Of a DNA stretch of 64,000 bases, positions 60,086 through 64,000 are shown piece after piece (positions within the stretch are counted from its first letter, which is position 1; every line of letters begins with the position of its first letter). Position numbers and translations under genes: made by a program. Below the pieces are notes generated by a model. It did no database searches. It saw only the letters and a program-made list of their open reading frames with translations, and was not told the DNA's origin. Source of the DNA: Candidatus Aenigmatarchaeota archaeon (lineage in GTDB: Archaea > Thermoplasmatota > Thermoplasmata > Halarchaeoplasmatales > Halarchaeoplasmataceae); NCBI GenBank assembly GCA_046537845.1, contig JBKHKA010000004.1, positions 24,586 through 88,585 on the forward strand, written 5' to 3'.

Positions 60086-63000
60086 ATGAGTTTAAATGAG
60101 AGTAAATCAAGGATAGCCCTGGTAGGGCTTACAGTCTGTATTTTGATCGCTGCCGGTTTTGGAAGTACATTTATGGGCAGCGCCGAAGGACCGACAACAT
60201 CGTCGGATGGGATCGGTGTTGAGGAGAAAGGTCCTATTGAGAAGGTGCGTGAAGTAGAAAGCACAGAGTCCGTTCAAGACAGAAAAAATAAGTACATTTC
60301 TACCGACATGAGAGATGCTGCTGAAGAAGAAAACTTATCCCTTAAGTTCGATCAAAGCTATGAGAACGGTTCTATCGCCGCTACCAGCGTATATGAACCG
60401 GATCCTTATGGCACCGATGATCCAGAGTTACTCGATATGGAAGCAGCCGAGAACTTCTGGAGTGCGTCAGGGACCATAAGAAAGATCGGAGTTTACGGTC
60501 TAGCCTTATATTGGGATTATGAAGCTGAAGAATGGCGTGAAGAGACCCCCGACCTTTATGAGCCCTTCGATGTACGATTTTATGAGGGTGCCGGACCCAA
60601 CGCTGGGGAACCGGATTGGGACAACCCCGATAAAGAATGGAATCTCGATGGAGAGAGATTCGTTGAAGATGATGATTGGCACTGGGAAACCGCCGATGTC
60701 CTATACAGGTACGAGATCGAGCTGCCTGAACCACTCACTTGGGACGAAGGCTGGGTATCGGTCCAGATGGACAACGAGGAGAGTGTAACTAACTCCTGGA
60801 TACTATGGATGGAATCACCGGGTGAAGGCGACGGCCAGGGTTGGCAGCGGGCTAGAAAGATAGAAGGAGGCGAGGGTTCTACAACATACGACCAACTATC
60901 GTACGACCTAGCCTTTGAGTTATGGGGAGATGAAATAAGAACTGAACCCGCGGCGGCCTTGGACCTGAACAATGCAACCTTGAAAGGAAACCTTACCGGC
61001 TTAGCCGAAGGCGATGAAGCGGATGTATTTTTCAGATACAGAAGAGCTGGAGACACCGAATGGTCTGAAACTCCACCGGTGACCAAAAGTGATCCGGGTA
61101 CTTTCACTGAGAACTTGACCGATCTCTCGCCTATGCAGGAATACGAGTTCCAAGCGGTAGGTGAAGTTGAAGGAGTCGAATTCACTGGAGATATACTTTC
61201 ATTCACACCCGCTACTGTTTCTTCTACGACGCAGCTCGAAGAAGAATGGAAAAATTATGAAGAGATGAACTCGCTAAAAACCGTCGAAGACGACCTCGCT
61301 CTAGATGCGGTAGAAGTGGGCAGCGAAACATTCAATTTCACTGGCGAAAAGGAAACCGTCGATGTATCGGGATACTCCCAAATGAAAGTCGAGATGTGGG
61401 GTGCCGGAGGCGGTGGTGAAGACGGCGATGATTACTATGCCGGCGGCGATGGGGGTTATGTTGAAGCCCTGCTGAACGTCTCCGAATTTGATGAGCTCGA
61501 TATCTGGGTGGGAGAAGGTGGAGGATACGGCGGTCCAGGCGGTTGGGGCCGCCACAACGGTGGAGACGGCGATACCAATACTGGGGGAGGCGGCGGCTCT
61601 ACGGAGATAGTGGCCGACGACGGTACGTTTTTAGCCGCAGCTGATGCTGGAGGAGGAGCAGGCTATTTAGGGTGGATTATTGATTATGAAGGTGGGGGGG
61701 GAGCCCGAGGCGGCGAAGGTTACAACGACGGCGAAGGTGAAGGCCGCGGCGGTGACGGCGGTATAGGCGGTTCAGACGGAGCTCCTGGAAGCGGCGAGAT
61801 CAATTTCGACCTGCTGTTGGATGAAGCAGAGATAACAAGAGGAGATGGATCCAGCGGCGGCCTCGGCGGAGATGGCAGCGACGGGTTGATATCTACCACT
61901 TATTATGCGAACGAATACGAAGGAGAGCGCATTTCCGAGCCTATATCACTCGACGAGATCGAGAGCGTAGGAGATAATGTCATAGATTGGACTGAAGAAA
62001 TTCAGGAAGGTACCAACGTTACCGTCTATACGGGAATATCTGGCGACAGCGAAGCACTTCCTGAAACTTGGGATCATGCGGAAAAAGGTGAACCGATCCC
62101 GAGCATAGACGAGGGTGAAGACCTCACGGGCCGGTACCTGTGGACAAGACAAGTATTGACCACTACCGATGCTTCAGTCACTCCCCGTCTGTCCGATCTG
62201 AGGATTGGAATAATAGACGGATTAGAGACCCTGAATCTCGAAGTGAGATCAGAAAAAGGCGGCACAACGGATCCCGCCCCAGGAAATTATACCTATATGG
62301 TTGGTGATGAGGTCACCGTACAGGCCCTTCCGGACGACGGTTGGATATTCGACAACTGGACGGGAGATGTATCACAAGGCGAAGAAGACCAAGACGAGAT
62401 AACCATGACGATGGATACAAACAAGGAAGTAACCGCCCACTTTTTAAAAGAAGCAACCTTCGAGGTAGAGATCCTCTCGCCTGAAGACGGCGATAGGTTC
62501 ATCGAGAATGAAAGCGTAGAGGTGGAATACCGGGTGAACAATACAGGGGACTTCAACGATACGCAGACGATAGCATTAGAAGTAGATGATGAACAGATAG
62601 ATACTAATGAAGTCACCCTTGAAAGCGGTGAGAGCTATACCGACACGTTCACTTGGGAGCCTAGTGAGAATTTCATAGGTGAGAATAACGTGTTCGTGAG
62701 CAGCGATGATGATCAGGATAACATCTCCGTTACCGTGTTAGAGGAAGGTATATTCTATACTGAGATAATCGACTCTGATGAAGAAGTAGTAGAGGGAGAG
62801 TCAGCTAGTGTGACGAGCGAGATAACCAATACAGGTAATGAGGAAGTGACTCAGGATGTATCCTTTGTGGTTTATGATCAGGACGATGTCGTTTACGAAG
62901 ATACAGAGACCGTAACACTTCAAGGTGAAGAGACCTCCGTTGAGGCCTTTACCTGGCAGACAGAGGAAGGAGAAGCTGGAGAGTATGAAACCGTAGTGGC

Positions 63001-64000
63001 GAGTGAGGGATCTGAAGATAGAGTCAATCTAACGGTCCTAGAAGACGCCTATTTTGATCTAGATATAGTAGACTTTGACGAAGAAGTGCTCGAGGGCGAT
63101 ACCGCCTATGTGAATTTCACGGTCATGAACACGGGAGAAGTAGAGGGTACAAAGGATGTCGAAATAAGTATTTATGATGAAAATGGAGAGAGCGTCGTAG
63201 AAGAACATCTTGAGATAACTCTAACGGCTGGAGAAGAAAAAGAAGTATCCTTTCCATGGGAGACCGAAGAAGGAGACGCTGGCAATTATGATGCGGTGAT
63301 ATCGAGTGAAGATGCCGAGCAAAGCGTTGAGATGGTGGTCCTACCTCAGATTTATTTCGAAGTAGAGATGATCGATTACGAGGATAATATCGTTGAAGGT
63401 GATGATCTCGAAGTGACCGTAGAAGTAGAAAATACGGGCGTGGTAGAGGCTACCCAGGACATAAAGCTTTTAGATTTCAACGGAGATGTAGCGGATGTAG
63501 AAGGGGACGTGGAGCTAGGGCCAGGAGAATCTACAGAAATAACCTTGACCTGGCAGATCGAAGAAGGAGATGAAGGAACCGATGAGATAACGGTGGCTAG
63601 CGAAGACGAAACGGTCAGTCAACAGGTAACGATAGAAACTAGAAGTCCTCATTTTGAAGTGGAAGTAACCGATCACGATGAAGAAGCGGTCGAAGGAGAA
63701 GAGCTCCTTGTCAATTATACGGTCACCAATACTGGAAATGTAGAAGACACTCAGACAATAGAGGTGAGTTTAGACGGCGCATTAGAAGATAGTGAGGAAG
63801 TCACACTGGGTCCTGGTGAAGATCATGACGGTGAGTTCAGCTGGCAGACGGAAGAAGGCGATGCAGGAGAGTACGATATCGTGGTAGCCAGCGAGGACGA
63901 GGAAGCGGAGATCACAGTTACCGTGATGGAGCCCGCATTTTTCGAGGTCGAAATAGAGGATTACGACGAAGAAGTGGTCGAAGGAGAAGAGATCGTGATA
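60086..64000 (+). CDS. Large secreted/surface protein (partial, runs off the window): signal peptide, Gly-rich domain, B-repeat, CARDB/Ig-like repeats
   Basis: Absent from the ORF track (no stop in window). ATG 60086 after GGAGG; MSLNESKSRIALVGLTVCILIAAGFG signal; WGAGGGG..GGDGGYV..VGEGG Gly-rich block; GDEVTVQALPDDGWIFDNWTGD repeat; repeated (V/T)xNTG...W.TEEGDAG.Y units. Same frame at the window end. Confidence 0.88.
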   Translation, partial: MSLNESKSRIALVGLTVCILIAAGFGSTFMGSAEGPTTSSDGIGVEEKGPIEKVREVESTESVQDRKNKYISTDMRDAAEEENLSLKFDQSYENGSIAATSVYEPDPYGTDDPELLDMEAAENFWSASGTIRKIGVYGLALYWDYEAEEWREETPDLYEPFDVRFYEGAGPNAGEPDWDNPDKEWNLDGERFVEDDDWHWETADVLYRYEIELPEPLTWDEGWVSVQMDNEESVTNSWILWMESPGEGDGQGWQRARKIEGGEGSTTYDQLSYDLAFELWGDEIRTEPAAALDLNNATLKGNLTGLAEGDEADVFFRYRRAGDTEWSETPPVTKSDPGTFTENLTDLSPMQEYEFQAVGEVEGVEFTGDILSFTPATVSSTTQLEEEWKNYEEMNSLKTVEDDLALDAVEVGSETFNFTGEKETVDVSGYSQMKVEMWGAGGGGEDGDDYYAGGDGGYVEALLNVSEFDELDIWVGEGGGYGGPGGWGRHNGGDGDTNTGGGGGSTEIVADDGTFLAAADAGGGAGYLGWIIDYEGGGGARGGEGYNDGEGEGRGGDGGIGGSDGAPGSGEINFDLLLDEAEITRGDGSSGGLGGDGSDGLISTTYYANEYEGERISEPISLDEIESVGDNVIDWTEEIQEGTNVTVYTGISGDSEALPETWDHAEKGEPIPSIDEGEDLTGRYLWTRQVLTTTDASVTPRLSDLRIGIIDGLETLNLEVRSEKGGTTDPAPGNYTYMVGDEVTVQALPDDGWIFDNWTGDVSQGEEDQDEITMTMDTNKEVTAHFLKEATFEVEILSPEDGDRFIENESVEVEYRVNNTGDFNDTQTIALEVDDEQIDTNEVTLESGESYTDTFTWEPSENFIGENNVFVSSDDDQDNISVTVLEEGIFYTEIIDSDEEVVEGESASVTSEITNTGNEEVTQDVSFVVYDQDDVVYEDTETVTLQGEETSVEAFTWQTEEGEAGEYETVVASEGSEDRVNLTVLEDAYFDLDIVDFDEEVLEGDTAYVNFTVMNTGEVEGTKDVEISIYDENGESVVEEHLEITLTAGEEKEVSFPWETEEGDAGNYDAVISSEDAEQSVEMVVLPQIYFEVEMIDYEDNIVEGDDLEVTVEVENTGVVEATQDIKLLDFNGDVADVEGDVELGPGESTEITLTWQIEEGDEGTDEITVASEDETVSQQVTIETRSPHFEVEVTDHDEEAVEGEELLVNYTVTNTGNVEDTQTIEVSLDGALEDSEEVTLGPGEDHDGEFSWQTEEGDAGEYDIVVASEDEEAEITVTVMEPAFFEVEIEDYDEEVVEGEEIVI

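Noticed and set aside
1..64000. tRNA, rRNA, CRISPR arrays, integrases or transposases
   Set aside because: None recognised by eye in the intergenic gaps or the ORF set; a covariance-model scan would be needed to exclude small RNAs.

Overview
Gene-dense 64 kb window from an archaeon (TBP, Nop10, PAC2, archaeal HMG-CoA synthase-thiolase-DUF35 cluster, TATA-box promoters). The proteome is strongly Glu/Asp-rich, as in salt-in halophiles, and the energy genes are those of an anaerobe. Gene content suggests a halophilic Thermoplasmatota-like lineage rather than Halobacteria; this placement is an inference. The first ~28 kb is mixed housekeeping and signalling: two-component pair, purN-tkt-tkt-tal, Rab-like GTPase, LipS2 plus lipoate ligase, bacterial-type MetK, a mevalonate-entry cluster whose thiolase has lost all three catalytic residues, and a STAND-TPR protein. 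From ~28.5 to ~59.9 kb lies one short-chain acyl-CoA island. It holds an acyl-CoA ligase, a B12 mutase with isobutyryl-CoA-mutase specificity residues plus MeaB and CobO, and bcd-etfBA. It also has a tightly coupled thl-hbd-crt-hdrCBA-mvhDGA operon whose HdrB lacks one cluster cysteine, then prpE-satP and a family III CoA-transferase. Next is a class III PHA cluster: two unknown PhaE-like coiled-coil proteins (one with a Rho-N/SAP-like motif), phaE, phaC and two tandem phaB with opposite predicted NADPH/NADH fingerprints. A chimeric hbd::crt pseudogene follows, and the window ends inside a large secreted Gly-rich/CARDB-repeat surface protein. The leading candidate for an undescribed system is H2/Hdr-coupled butyryl-CoA metabolism linked to PHA storage in a non-Halobacteria anaerobic archaeon. 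No rRNA, tRNA, CRISPR array or mobile element was recognised. All calls come from reading motifs by eye; no database searches were run.
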